From contig JBBQXJ010000078.1 in the NCBI GenBank assembly GCA_038209745.1, forward strand, positions 1-22,597: DNA of 22,597 bases. The letters run 5' to 3'. Source of the DNA: Verrucomicrobiota bacterium. GTDB taxonomy: Bacteria > Verrucomicrobiota > Verrucomicrobiia > Limisphaerales > CANJSG01. Positions within the stretch are counted from its first letter, which is position 1, and each line of letters begins with the position of its first letter. The notes beneath the pieces are model-generated. The model made no database searches. It was not told where the DNA came from and saw nothing but the letters and a program-made list of their open reading frames with translations. The position numbers and the translations under genes are program-made. Shown in pieces: positions 8,101-15,874 of the stretch.

Positions 8101-11100
8101 GGTGGGCTGGTCCGAAGCAAAGGCGAAGTCGATGTCCCAGATCATCAGCTTCCAGACGTCGTCGGTGGGCTTGTAGGCGTACATGTTCTGCCCGCCCCCG
8201 TAGGCGAACGAATCGGGGTTGCCGACGGCGTGTTCCACGGCATAGGTCGTGAGCCAGTTGTCGACGTCCAGCTGGGCTTCGAGGGTCCGTCGGTAGTTGA
8301 CGCCCAGTCCGGAAGAGTTGACCCCGTCGACCAGCGAAAAAATGTTGGTGTAGTTGGAGGCGGAATCTTTCACGGCGCGCTTGGCGAAGGTCCAACGGTA
8401 GCGGGCCAGCTTCTTCTTCCCGCCGGTCGTGGTGAAGTTCGCAAGCGTGGCGCCGTTGGCGGTGAAGGTGGTGGCGCTGTCGTCGAACTCGAACCAGATC
8501 TGGACCTTGTTGAGATCGCCGTTTTTTCCGTTCGGATAGAACTCCGAGGTCATGTCGCCGTTGGGCTGCTGCACGTCCTCGTAGAACTGGGCCCGGCGGA
8601 CACCGTTGATGAAGAGGTTCACCGAGCGCCGGTAGCAGTCGGGCAGGCCCATCTGCTCGGCGATCCAATAGGCGGTCTGCTCGCGCTGGTAGCTGTTGTC
8701 GCCGCCGCCGTTGCCCGGCCACTGGAGGGTGAGATCGGTTTCTCCGAGGAACGTCTCGTCGTTCGCGAAGGTCAGGGCGTAGTCGCAGACGTTGCCGGTC
8801 GGGTTGTTGTAGCCGGGCGCGTGGTAGGGACTGCCGGAGTATTGGCCGCCCATGTTGTAGATAGGCCGGTAGTTCCCGAGGACGAAGGTGCAGTCGAGGG
8901 GCTTGTTGCTGAGCTTCTCCCGGGACGACCAGCGGTTGAAGGTCGCGTCGGTCATCCAGATCCGGTAGGTGCCGAAAGTGCCTCCTTGGACGGGATCGCC
9001 CCAGCGGACGAGACATTCCCGGGCGGGCGCAGCATCGGGGAAGGACGAAGCGGCTTTGGGTGAACCGTTGTCCAACGCCGCGATGCGGAACGCAACGAGG
9101 GTATCGGTCGGCTGCGCCGGGATCGTGGCGCTGAAGAGGCCGGCACCATTGTTGACCATCGGCACGAGGGTCAGATTGGTGGAGGGATCCACCCGATATT
9201 CCAGCAACACGGCGGCAAGACCGTCGGGGTCGTGGACGGTGGCGACGACGGTGACGGCTTGGCCGGCCGAAGGGAGCACGGGGGAGTGGGTGACCCCGGA
9301 AATGGCGGGGCCCGCATTGGCCCGGGCGCGGGAATTGGGAGCGCCGGGCGTGCCGAGGGCGCGGGTGGTGACCATGTTCGTGGTGGCCTCCACCCAGTTC
9401 CCGTGGAGGCGGAGGAGGATCTCAGGATTGCCGGTGAGCCAGCGGACCTTGGCCCGGAGGGTGGCCGTCTGGCCGGGGTTCAGCGCCGAGGTGAGGGCGG
9501 TTCGGATCCGGTTCGCACCCGTATCGCCGCGGCCCGCTGCGCGGACATGGAGGGAGCGTGTACCCGCGAACCCTTCTCCGCTCTCCAATCCGGAATCATC
9601 GTGATTGCCCTGGGCGAACCAACCTCCGAGGCCCGATTCAAAGGTGGAGTTGGCGATGCGATTGGCCTGGCCGGGAACGAAGACCTCCACGTTGTCGACC
9701 AGGCATTCGCCGGCGCCCAGCAAAATGATCTGGAGGGAATCAGCCGGGTCGCTCCCGTTGTCGAGGACGGCCGTGGCTTCCACCGTTGTCCAGCCGCTGC
9801 GGGCGGTCTCGTCGCTGTCGGCCCAGCTGGGCGCAAGGCGGCCGTCCGCCCGTGGATCAATCCGTTCCAGGCTGCTGCCGTTGCCTTTGGACCACTCTCC
9901 CCAGCGGCCACCGGTGCCGTAGGTCGCCTCGTCCACGACGATGTGGATGGAGTTCGTGGTGGCCTGGTTCGCCGCGTTGGTGGTGGTGATCTGGTCGGGC
10001 ATCGAGAGGGCGATGCGCTCGCCGCCACCGGCGAGTTTTCCGCTGAAGTCGCCGAGCGTGTTCGCGCCCGAGAGGCCTGGATAATTGGTCAACAGATGGG
10101 CCGCGTTTTTCGCGATCACGAGGTAGCCGCGGGGGGGAAGGACGGTGCCCGGAGGGAGGGTGTAGGAAACGCCGTCCTCCAGACGCCAACCAACAAGATC
10201 GATGGAAGAGGCAGTGCGGTTGTGGAGCTCGACATAGCTGTCGTCGACATCCCCGCTGATGGGGGAATACATGATCTCGTTGAGGACGACATCGGCCAGA
10301 CGGATCCGGCCGTTGGGCTGGCCCGGGGTCTTGTTTTGCAGGCGGGAAAACTGGGCCGCGCCATCGGGATAACGCCCGAGAGCCACGCCGTTTTCCTGGG
10401 CTCCGAAACGGACCGCGTCCAGCACGCGGCCGTCGGTCGGCGCCTTGAACCAGATTGTTTCGCCGGCGGCACTGAGAGCGAAGCCGAGCTCGGTCTGCGT
10501 GAAGCTGAGAAAGGACCGGGGTTGGAGAACCGTGTTGGCCGGGATCACGAAACGATTGCTCACGGGGTCGTCCGAAACGATGCAGCCGGAGACGTCGACT
10601 GCGCCGGTTCCGTAATTGTAGAGCTCGATGTAGTCGACATCCGGCAGGTCGGTATGGGCGAGGAATTCGTTGATCACGACGGTGCGATAGGCATTGGCCG
10701 CCGGGATCTCGGCGGAACCGGGCGACCCGCCGGGGCGGTCGCTGGCGGCCCAGGCCGCGGGAGACTTTTCCCCGTAGGAAGGCCGGGCCAACACCAGGGA
10801 ATGGCCCCCGCCGTCGGCGGGCACGGGCCAGGGAGAATCGGTGCCGTAGGAGGTCTCGAAGAGAACCTGGCCTTGGCGTCCGAGCAACCGGAGCGTGCCG
10901 CCGCCGTTGGCGAGCTTGCCGGTGTAGGCGACGGCGGTGGCGACGCCATAAACGCTTTGGAGATCGGCCGGCGCGGCGGCCAGAGCGCGGTAGGTCCGGG
11001 AAGGCATGACGGTGCCTGCCGGAAAGGTGTAGCCGATCTGCCCGGCGAGGCGGTAGCCGGAGATGTCCTCGGGGTAGGCGCTGGAGTTGAACAGTTCGAC

Positions 11101-12426
11101 GAACTGCAGGTTCTTGCCGTCCACCCGGTTGGTGGGATGATACATGATCTCGGAAATGGTGATCGGACCGTGGCGGCTGGAAGGCCCAGGAGGTTCGGCT
11201 CCGGGGCGGAGGAAAGAGATGTCGAGAGGGGTGGAGTCCAGGCTGAAGGCCCTTTGGGCGCCTAGCATCGTGTTGGGAGTGGTCGCCCGATCGCGGACGT
11301 TCGCGATGAGCAGGGTGTAGGCGACGCCAGGAACCATGGGCGAGGTGGTCAGGATCACCATGCGCGGGCCGGTGCCGAAAGCGGCTCCGGTGACGGAGAT
11401 TCCATGGTCTACGGTGTAGTTCGCCGGGTTCAGAGCGCTGGCGGCTTCCACGGGTTCCGAGAAGATGACGGTCAAGACCTGCGGATCGCCGAGGCTGCCG
11501 ACGCTGGCAACGAAGGGCTTGGTGACGTCGGCCGTCACAGTGAGGTTGGCCTCGGTTGTGTTCGTGCCGCCGTAGGGATTTACGATGAAAGCGCGAAAGC
11601 GGGAATCGCTGTCCGCAAGAACCACGGGGCCGAGGGAGTAGGAGACGTTGGTCGCCCCGGGAATGACCACCCCGTCACGCTGCCACTGGTAGGAGGAGCC
11701 GAGGAAACGCTCGAGTTGGAATCGGAACATCGCGGTCCCGCCCTCGACGACGGAGATGTTGGTCGGCTGCTGCGAGACCACGGGAGCCCCGATCCCCAGA
11801 GGAACCAGGCGTTTGTTTGGGATGGGCTCCTCGATGGCGCCTCCCGGGATCTGCCAACGAACGGCCAGATTGTCGCCGCCGCCGCCTTCCTTTTGCAGGG
11901 CTTCGATGAGGTAGCGTTTGCCGGCGGTGAGCGCGATCACGGCGGATTTCTGGTTCGCTTCCTTGGTCCATTCCCGGGGATTGGTCCAGCCGTTGACCGT
12001 GGCGATCAGCGTCCGGTTGGCCGGGCTTTCGTCGGAACTGAGATACAGGGCACAGCCGTCGTCGCCCGAAATCCAGAAGACGTATGGACCTGTGGTCGGC
12101 GGCAGCACCAAGGCGCGCATCCTTTGGCCGTAGTTGTCCGAGAAGTTTGACGGGGCCTCGAACTGCGACTCGATGAACTCCTCGTCCGGATTGTTCGGGT
12201 AGGCCGGGGCGTTGGTCAGGTCCGAGACGGAGCTGCCGCCGATGTTGGAGAAAACCTCGCGCAGAATGCCGTTGCCCTGGGCGTGCCCCCGGTGGGCTGC
12301 TCCGACCAAAATGAACGCGGCCAACAAGATCGCCACGAATCGCCCGCAGGTGCGCAAAGGATGAACTGAAGGATCGGGGAGAGACGCATTGGCCGGGGCG
12401 GTCTGGAAAACGGCGAACGGAGTCAT
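5176..12426 (-). CDS. Large secreted multidomain protein (~2,400 aa): PA14, Ig, SbsA/Big-like Ig, six lamin-tail domains, two CBM4/9-like modules, CotH kinase, cadherin-like Ig, C-terminal RFYR domain
   Basis: Signal-like h-region FVAILLAAFILVGAA; PA14 (DNYGQRMRALVLPPTTGPYVFWISGDD); six LTD starts (ISEIMY, INEFLA, LNEIMY, INEIMY, LNEIQP, INEWMA); CotH motifs REQTAY, GNPDSF, NMYAY and IWDIDFAF at ~7860-8975. The start is uncertain (ATG 12426 chosen; TTG 12357 possible). Confidence 0.9.
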   Translation of the reverse strand: MTPFAVFQTAPANASLPDPSVHPLRTCGRFVAILLAAFILVGAAHRGHAQGNGILREVFSNIGGSSVSDLTNAPAYPNNPDEEFIESQFEAPSNFSDNYGQRMRALVLPPTTGPYVFWISGDDGCALYLSSDESPANRTLIATVNGWTNPREWTKEANQKSAVIALTAGKRYLIEALQKEGGGGDNLAVRWQIPGGAIEEPIPNKRLVPLGIGAPVVSQQPTNISVVEGGTAMFRFQLERFLGSSYQWQRDGVVIPGATNVSYSLGPVVLADSDSRFRAFIVNPYGGTNTTEANLTVTADVTKPFVASVGSLGDPQVLTVIFSEPVEAASALNPANYTVDHGISVTGAAFGTGPRMVILTTSPMVPGVAYTLLIANVRDRATTPNTMLGAQRAFSLDSTPLDISFLRPGAEPPGPSSRHGPITISEIMYHPTNRVDGKNLQFVELFNSSAYPEDISGYRLAGQIGYTFPAGTVMPSRTYRALAAAPADLQSVYGVATAVAYTGKLANGGGTLRLLGRQGQVLFETSYGTDSPWPVPADGGGHSLVLARPSYGEKSPAAWAASDRPGGSPGSAEIPAANAYRTVVINEFLAHTDLPDVDYIELYNYGTGAVDVSGCIVSDDPVSNRFVIPANTVLQPRSFLSFTQTELGFALSAAGETIWFKAPTDGRVLDAVRFGAQENGVALGRYPDGAAQFSRLQNKTPGQPNGRIRLADVVLNEIMYSPISGDVDDSYVELHNRTASSIDLVGWRLEDGVSYTLPPGTVLPPRGYLVIAKNAAHLLTNYPGLSGANTLGDFSGKLAGGGERIALSMPDQITTTNAANQATTNSIHIVVDEATYGTGGRWGEWSKGNGSSLERIDPRADGRLAPSWADSDETARSGWTTVEATAVLDNGSDPADSLQIILLGAGECLVDNVEVFVPGQANRIANSTFESGLGGWFAQGNHDDSGLESGEGFAGTRSLHVRAAGRGDTGANRIRTALTSALNPGQTATLRAKVRWLTGNPEILLRLHGNWVEATTNMVTTRALGTPGAPNSRARANAGPAISGVTHSPVLPSAGQAVTVVATVHDPDGLAAVLLEYRVDPSTNLTLVPMVNNGAGLFSATIPAQPTDTLVAFRIAALDNGSPKAASSFPDAAPARECLVRWGDPVQGGTFGTYRIWMTDATFNRWSSREKLSNKPLDCTFVLGNYRPIYNMGGQYSGSPYHAPGYNNPTGNVCDYALTFANDETFLGETDLTLQWPGNGGGDNSYQREQTAYWIAEQMGLPDCYRRSVNLFINGVRRAQFYEDVQQPNGDMTSEFYPNGKNGDLNKVQIWFEFDDSATTFTANGATLANFTTTGGKKKLARYRWTFAKRAVKDSASNYTNIFSLVDGVNSSGLGVNYRRTLEAQLDVDNWLTTYAVEHAVGNPDSFAYGGGQNMYAYKPTDDVWKLMIWDIDFAFASDQPTSDVFQGIGRSNGIDLGEPAYRRRYWQILQDLANGPLVASRANTLVDGKYAAMTANGRTVDNPSTIKTYISQRRSSLLSQISANTAANFSLTLNGGNAFSTNRNQIILTGISPISVRTLTVNGVAQIVVWNTQSSWSVLVSLAPGVNGLHVQGLDKNGVLVTGADATLNVTYTGLAEAPQDKLVINEIMYEPAIPGTSFVEIRNTSANNSFDLSFWKLDGVGFTFPPGTVISPSAYLLVVENPAAFASAFGTAPPVVGTFSGKLRSGGETLRLIRPGATPAEDLVVDEVRYDSSPPWPAAANGTGSSLQLIDAAQDNNRVANWSAVADNSSGPQQPQWRYYSVTGTASSSTLYVYLESAGEVFIDDLKLVPGAVAESGVNSIQNGDFEIGFPGPWTVSANHSGSSLDSATRHSGNASLHLVATSGGTTQGSSVWQDLSPGLTADSLCTLSFWYLEHPDGGSLRIRLSGSGVVATVNLAPSFGPLTHVTPGKLNSVAATLSLLPPIWLNEIQPDNQSGATDRFGHRHPWTELFNGSTNALSLGGLHLANNYSNLTQWAFPAGTTVPARGFLTVWLDGNAGESIASEPHTSFTVLPKTGSLALVQVSGGRTSVLDYLNYEVPRADRSYGSSPEGSVIGRRVFNYTTPGATNNPASPPLDVLINEWMADNLTTLADPADGDFEDWFELYNPTEAVADLSGFYLGTSLTNKTKFKIPAGYTIPAHGRLLVWADNEPSQNASNRIDLHVDFKLSKSGEAIGLFAEDGTVIDFVEFGPQTSDISEGRIPDGAAAISIQTAPTPRTANHVDPSNTSPHLATLANRTVFEGQQLVLTITATDSDLPAQILSFSLDPGAPTNAIINPTSGLFSWRPLASQTPGTNTIVARVTDNGSPARSATGQFIVRVVSKPQVSSLVAEGSRYAITFVAEPGKTYRVDYKDSLDDPEWQPVDAPALAATTALTVNDNLGSSPQRFYRIVALD

Positions 12427-12688
12427 AACGACATTTATCGGCATACGGCGCATTCGAATGAACCAAGTGGTCGGTGATCCCAAGCACTTTTGCAGGCTGC
12501 GGCTTTGCAACATTGGCGCGATGAATGGGGACAGCGAAGTCGGGGAACACCTGGGAAGGTCGCCGAAGACGCGCGAAGTTCCAAGTGCGAAGGCTTGGGC
12601 CCCGAGGCGTCCGCTCGGGATTCATCCTCGTTGTCGGATGCCCGATTCTTCCGCCCGGCCAGTCCCATCGGCGGCCGAGGCGGGTTTT

Positions 12689-12749
12689 AATCACGACAGG
12701 CGCGGACGTTTGTCCGCGCCTGTTGATTTGAGCCCACGGTTCCGTGGGT
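12689..12749. terminator. Two GC-rich hairpins downstream of the S10 peptidase gene (terminator or REP-like remnants)
   Basis: Perfect 12-bp stem ACAGGCGCGGAC-GTTT-GTCCGCGCCTGT (12696-12723) and CCCACGG-TT-CCGTGGG (12733-12748). There is no U-tract on the minus strand. Confidence 0.4.
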
Positions 12750-12765
12750 CGATTCCCGAATGAGC

Positions 12766-14301
12766 CTAGTTCTGCAGAGTTTTGCGGATGAAGGCGCGGG
12801 TGTCTTTGGCGGATTTGGCGAGGTCGGGCGGGTTCAGGTAGAACATGTGGCCCGCCTGGTATTCCTCGATCTGGAGGTTGCCTTTCAGCTCCTCCGGAAG
12901 ACCCAGTTGGCGAAGGCTGAGCTGGATGCCGTCGGGCGGGCAGGCCAAGTCGCGCCATGCGCACTGGACCAGGACCTTGAGATGGGGGTTTTCCTTCAGC
13001 GCGGCGGCCAGGTCGGGAGCGGTGCTCGGAAAGGCGTCGCGCCGGGAGAAGTTCCACGGCTGCACGCTGGTCAGAATCTCGTAGGGCAGGTCTTTCTCGA
13101 ACTTAAGATCTTCGCGCACGTAGGCGTTCATCGCCGAGGAGAAGACGCCGCTGACGAGGACGTAGCTGGGATCGAACTCCGGGCTCCGTCCAGCGGCATC
13201 GCCATCGCGGCTGACGACGCGGGCATCGAAGCGGCCGATGATCTTGCCCTCGCCGCGGAGGAGTTCCTTGCGGAACTCGCCCGCGTCCACGCGGAGATGG
13301 CGATCGAGGATATATTGCACCGGGAGACCGGTGAGACGGGCCAGCTTCTCGGCGGCGGTCTGGCGTTCGGCGGCGGTCAAGTCCGAGCCGCGATGAAGCG
13401 CGGCGCCGTAGTCGCCCCAGGCATAGGAACGGGATTCGGTGACGGCTTTGGTGAAGTCCGCCTGGAGATCGGCCGGCAGCTTTTTGTGGAAGTGCGCGGT
13501 GGCGGTCATCATCGGGAGGAAGACCTGATATGGCGTGTCGTTAAGACCGGCAGAACGAATCGTGTCGAAGTCGATCACGCCGGACACGAGCACGAGGCCG
13601 TTGAGGTAGAGACTGAAGCGGTCCTGCAAGTAGTTGGCCAAGCCGCAGGCGCGGAACACGCCGTAGCTTTCACCGGCGAGGAACTTGGGCGAGCGCCAGC
13701 GTTTCTCGCGGGTGGTGTAGAGGCGGATGAACTCGGCGACGGTCCGGATGTCGGCGTCCTGCCCGTAGAATTCGGACGCCTTGTCGGGCTGTTCCGAGCG
13801 GCTGTAGCCGGTGCTGACCGGATCGATGAAAACAAGGTCGGTGACGTCGAGGAGCGAGTGTTCGTTCGGGATCATGCGTCCGGGCGGACGGGGCGGCTGG
13901 GTGCCGTCGCCGGTGAACTCCACCCGCTTCGGCCCGAACGACCCGAGGTGCAGCCAAACGGAACTGGAGCCGGGGCCGCCGTTGAAGCAGAACATCACCG
14001 GCCGCTCGGCGGCGTCCACGTCGTTTGTCTTGGTGTAGGCGATGTAGAAGACTTTGGCGGTCGGTTTGCTGTCCTTGTCCAGAATGGGGAGCATCCCGGC
14101 CGTGGCGCGGTAGTGGATCTCTTCCCCACCGATCTTCACCGAGCCTTCAGTGACCGAAGGCACGTCGTCCTTCTTGTCTTTCTTGGCGTCCGCTTTGTCC
14201 TCGGCGGCTTTGGGCGGGGCGTTGGTGTCGTCGGCTGCGGCACGAACGATGGGTTGGACCAGGGCGGCGGCCAGGAGAAGCAAGATCGGGATAAGGCGCA
14301 T
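12766..14301 (-). CDS. Secreted S10-family serine carboxypeptidase, 511 aa
   Basis: Signal peptide; FNGGPGSSS, FIDPVSTGYS, GESYG (catalytic Ser) and AGHMFY (catalytic His). Confidence 0.95.
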   Translation of the reverse strand: MRLIPILLLLAAALVQPIVRAAADDTNAPPKAAEDKADAKKDKKDDVPSVTEGSVKIGGEEIHYRATAGMLPILDKDSKPTAKVFYIAYTKTNDVDAAERPVMFCFNGGPGSSSVWLHLGSFGPKRVEFTGDGTQPPRPPGRMIPNEHSLLDVTDLVFIDPVSTGYSRSEQPDKASEFYGQDADIRTVAEFIRLYTTREKRWRSPKFLAGESYGVFRACGLANYLQDRFSLYLNGLVLVSGVIDFDTIRSAGLNDTPYQVFLPMMTATAHFHKKLPADLQADFTKAVTESRSYAWGDYGAALHRGSDLTAAERQTAAEKLARLTGLPVQYILDRHLRVDAGEFRKELLRGEGKIIGRFDARVVSRDGDAAGRSPEFDPSYVLVSGVFSSAMNAYVREDLKFEKDLPYEILTSVQPWNFSRRDAFPSTAPDLAAALKENPHLKVLVQCAWRDLACPPDGIQLSLRQLGLPEELKGNLQIEEYQAGHMFYLNPPDLAKSAKDTRAFIRKTLQN

Positions 14302-14329
14302 GGAGGTGATGGTTCGGAAAAGTTGAGAG

Positions 14330-14755
14330 TTAAATTAAAAGCCCCGGATGGTAGCTGCCCTCGAAGCCCGGTTCGTAGAGCCGGACGCCGAGGATCTGGG
14401 CCATGTCGTCGAAATGTTTGTCTTTGGCATAGTCCCGGCAGAGTTGCTGATGGGCAATGGCGGCGATCAGGATGTCGTTCCACGGAATCGCCAGACCGTT
14501 GTCGCGCAGTTTCGAGGAAAACTCCATCGCCAGTTCCCATGTCGGTTCTTCAGTCCGAACGCGGGGCAGGATCGCGAACCGCCGGATCAGCTTTACCCGC
14601 TCCCCCTGCCGAGCCCCGCCGAGCCCCTCCAGCCGAACCGGGCCGCACAGGGTCGCCTCATACTCCTCCAGCAACGCCTCCAACCCGACCTTGTAGGCCA
14701 GCTCGCCATCGCGGCGGATGGCCTTGATCCAAACCGAGGATTCGACCAAGACCAT
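14330..14755 (-). CDS. vapC: PIN-domain (VapC-type) toxin, possibly attenuated
   Basis: MVLVESSVWI, PVRLE, WNDILIAAIA and KDKHF; starts just after the antitoxin stop. The first acidic site is Glu instead of Asp. Confidence 0.85.
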   Translation of the reverse strand: MVLVESSVWIKAIRRDGELAYKVGLEALLEEYEATLCGPVRLEGLGGARQGERVKLIRRFAILPRVRTEEPTWELAMEFSSKLRDNGLAIPWNDILIAAIAHQQLCRDYAKDKHFDDMAQILGVRLYEPGFEGSYHPGLLI

Positions 14756-14756
14756 G

Positions 14757-14960
14757 TCAGAAGCCAACTTTCTCTATTTCTTCGTTGATGAGCGGGTAGT
14801 CGAAGACGCCTTCGCGCAACTCCCGGCCAAACTCCTTGGCCATTTTGCGTTTGACGAAATCTGTCACCGCTTTGGCGATCGCCGGGCTCTTCTTGGATTC
14901 GCCGGTCATCCTGACCAGGTCGTCCAAAACCGCTTCGTTGATATCCACCGTGATTCTCAT
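14757..14960 (-). CDS. vapB: VapB-type antitoxin (DUF2191-like), 67 aa
   Basis: MRITVDINEAVLDDLVRMTGESKKSPAIAKAVTDFV: beta-strand/helix/helix N-terminus and acidic C-terminus; directly upstream of a PIN gene. Confidence 0.85.
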   Translation of the reverse strand: MRITVDINEAVLDDLVRMTGESKKSPAIAKAVTDFVKRKMAKEFGRELREGVFDYPLINEEIEKVGF

Positions 14961-14964
14961 AGCG

Positions 14965-14981
14965 TGGATAGATTCATTATA
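14965..14981 (-). promoter_or_regulatory. Putative vapBC -10 box (TATAAT, 14976-14981) and adjacent imperfect palindrome TGAATCTATCCA (candidate operator)
   Basis: The minus strand reads ACAA-TATAAT-GAATCTATCCACGCT-ATG. No well-spaced -35 was found. Confidence 0.5.
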
Positions 14982-15783
14982 TTGTCTGGGAGAGGAATCC
15001 GCCATCAACCCGGATGTCGCTTCCGGTGACGAAGCTGCTGGCCGCTTCGCTCGCTAGGAACACGGCGGCGCCGATCAGCTCCTTGGCTTCGCCCATTCGG
15101 CCCATCGGCGTGTGACCGAGGATCGAGGCGGCGCGGGGCGTCGGGGTGCCGTCGTCGTTGAAGAGCAGTTTCCGGTTCTGCTCCGCCGGGAAGAAGCCGG
15201 GCGTGATGGTGTTCACGCGGACCCGGTCCTTGGCCCATTCGCGGGAGAGGAACTGCGTCAGGTTGATCGTCGCGGCCTTGGAGGCGGAGTAGGCGACGAC
15301 TCGGGACAGGGGCAGATGGGCGGAAACGCTGGCTATATTGATGATCGAGCCCTTCTGGCGCTTCACCATGCCGGGGCCGAATTCTTGGCAGGGGATGAGC
15401 ACGCCGCCGATGAGGTTGAGCTCGAAGTTCGCGGCCCAATCCTCCAGGGCGATGTTCTCGAACTTCTTGTCGCCGACGACCGTCACCTTGGGGTCGTTCC
15501 CTCCGGCGGCGTTGACGAGAATGGTCGGAACACCGAGGGCGGCTTCCAGCTTTTCGTGGGCTTCTCCGAGACTGCAGCGCGACATGGCGTCGGCCCTGAA
15601 GAACTGGGCGGTGCCGCCGGCCGCTCTGATCGCGGCCACACGGGCTTCGCCACGCTCCTGGTTGCGACCGAGAACGGCCACCTTGGCGCCGGCCGCGGCC
15701 AAGCCTTCGGCCAACGCGCCGCCGAGCACGCCGGTTGCGCCGATCACCACCGCCACTTCGCCTTCGAGGGAGAACAAATTCAT
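14977..15783 (-). CDS. uxuB: SDR family oxidoreductase, D-mannonate oxidoreductase (UxuB)-like, 268 aa
   Basis: GATGVLG, NAAGGN, YSASK, PGFFPAEQNRKLL and TPMGR..VDGGF; recalled similarity to Bacillus SDR-type UxuB. The SDR call is firm; the substrate is inferred. Confidence 0.8.
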   Translation of the reverse strand: MNLFSLEGEVAVVIGATGVLGGALAEGLAAAGAKVAVLGRNQERGEARVAAIRAAGGTAQFFRADAMSRCSLGEAHEKLEAALGVPTILVNAAGGNDPKVTVVGDKKFENIALEDWAANFELNLIGGVLIPCQEFGPGMVKRQKGSIINIASVSAHLPLSRVVAYSASKAATINLTQFLSREWAKDRVRVNTITPGFFPAEQNRKLLFNDDGTPTPRAASILGHTPMGRMGEAKELIGAAVFLASEAASSFVTGSDIRVDGGFLSQTI

Positions 15784-15874
15784 TGGTCGGCAAAATGTGG
15801 GACAGGGGTGGGAGCCCTAGAAGTGAAAACTTGCCTTGGGTTTAACCGAAACGGGCGGATAGGGTCTCCGTCGC

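Noticed and set aside
12427..12513. TTG start at 12513 for the giant protein
   Set aside because: It places the signal-peptide h-region too far from the N-terminus.
1368..14727. Long plus-strand ORFs (1368-2771, 2796-4502, 6343-9063, 9232-11265, 12760-14727)
   Set aside because: They are antisense shadows of GC3-biased minus-strand genes, with no recognisable motifs.
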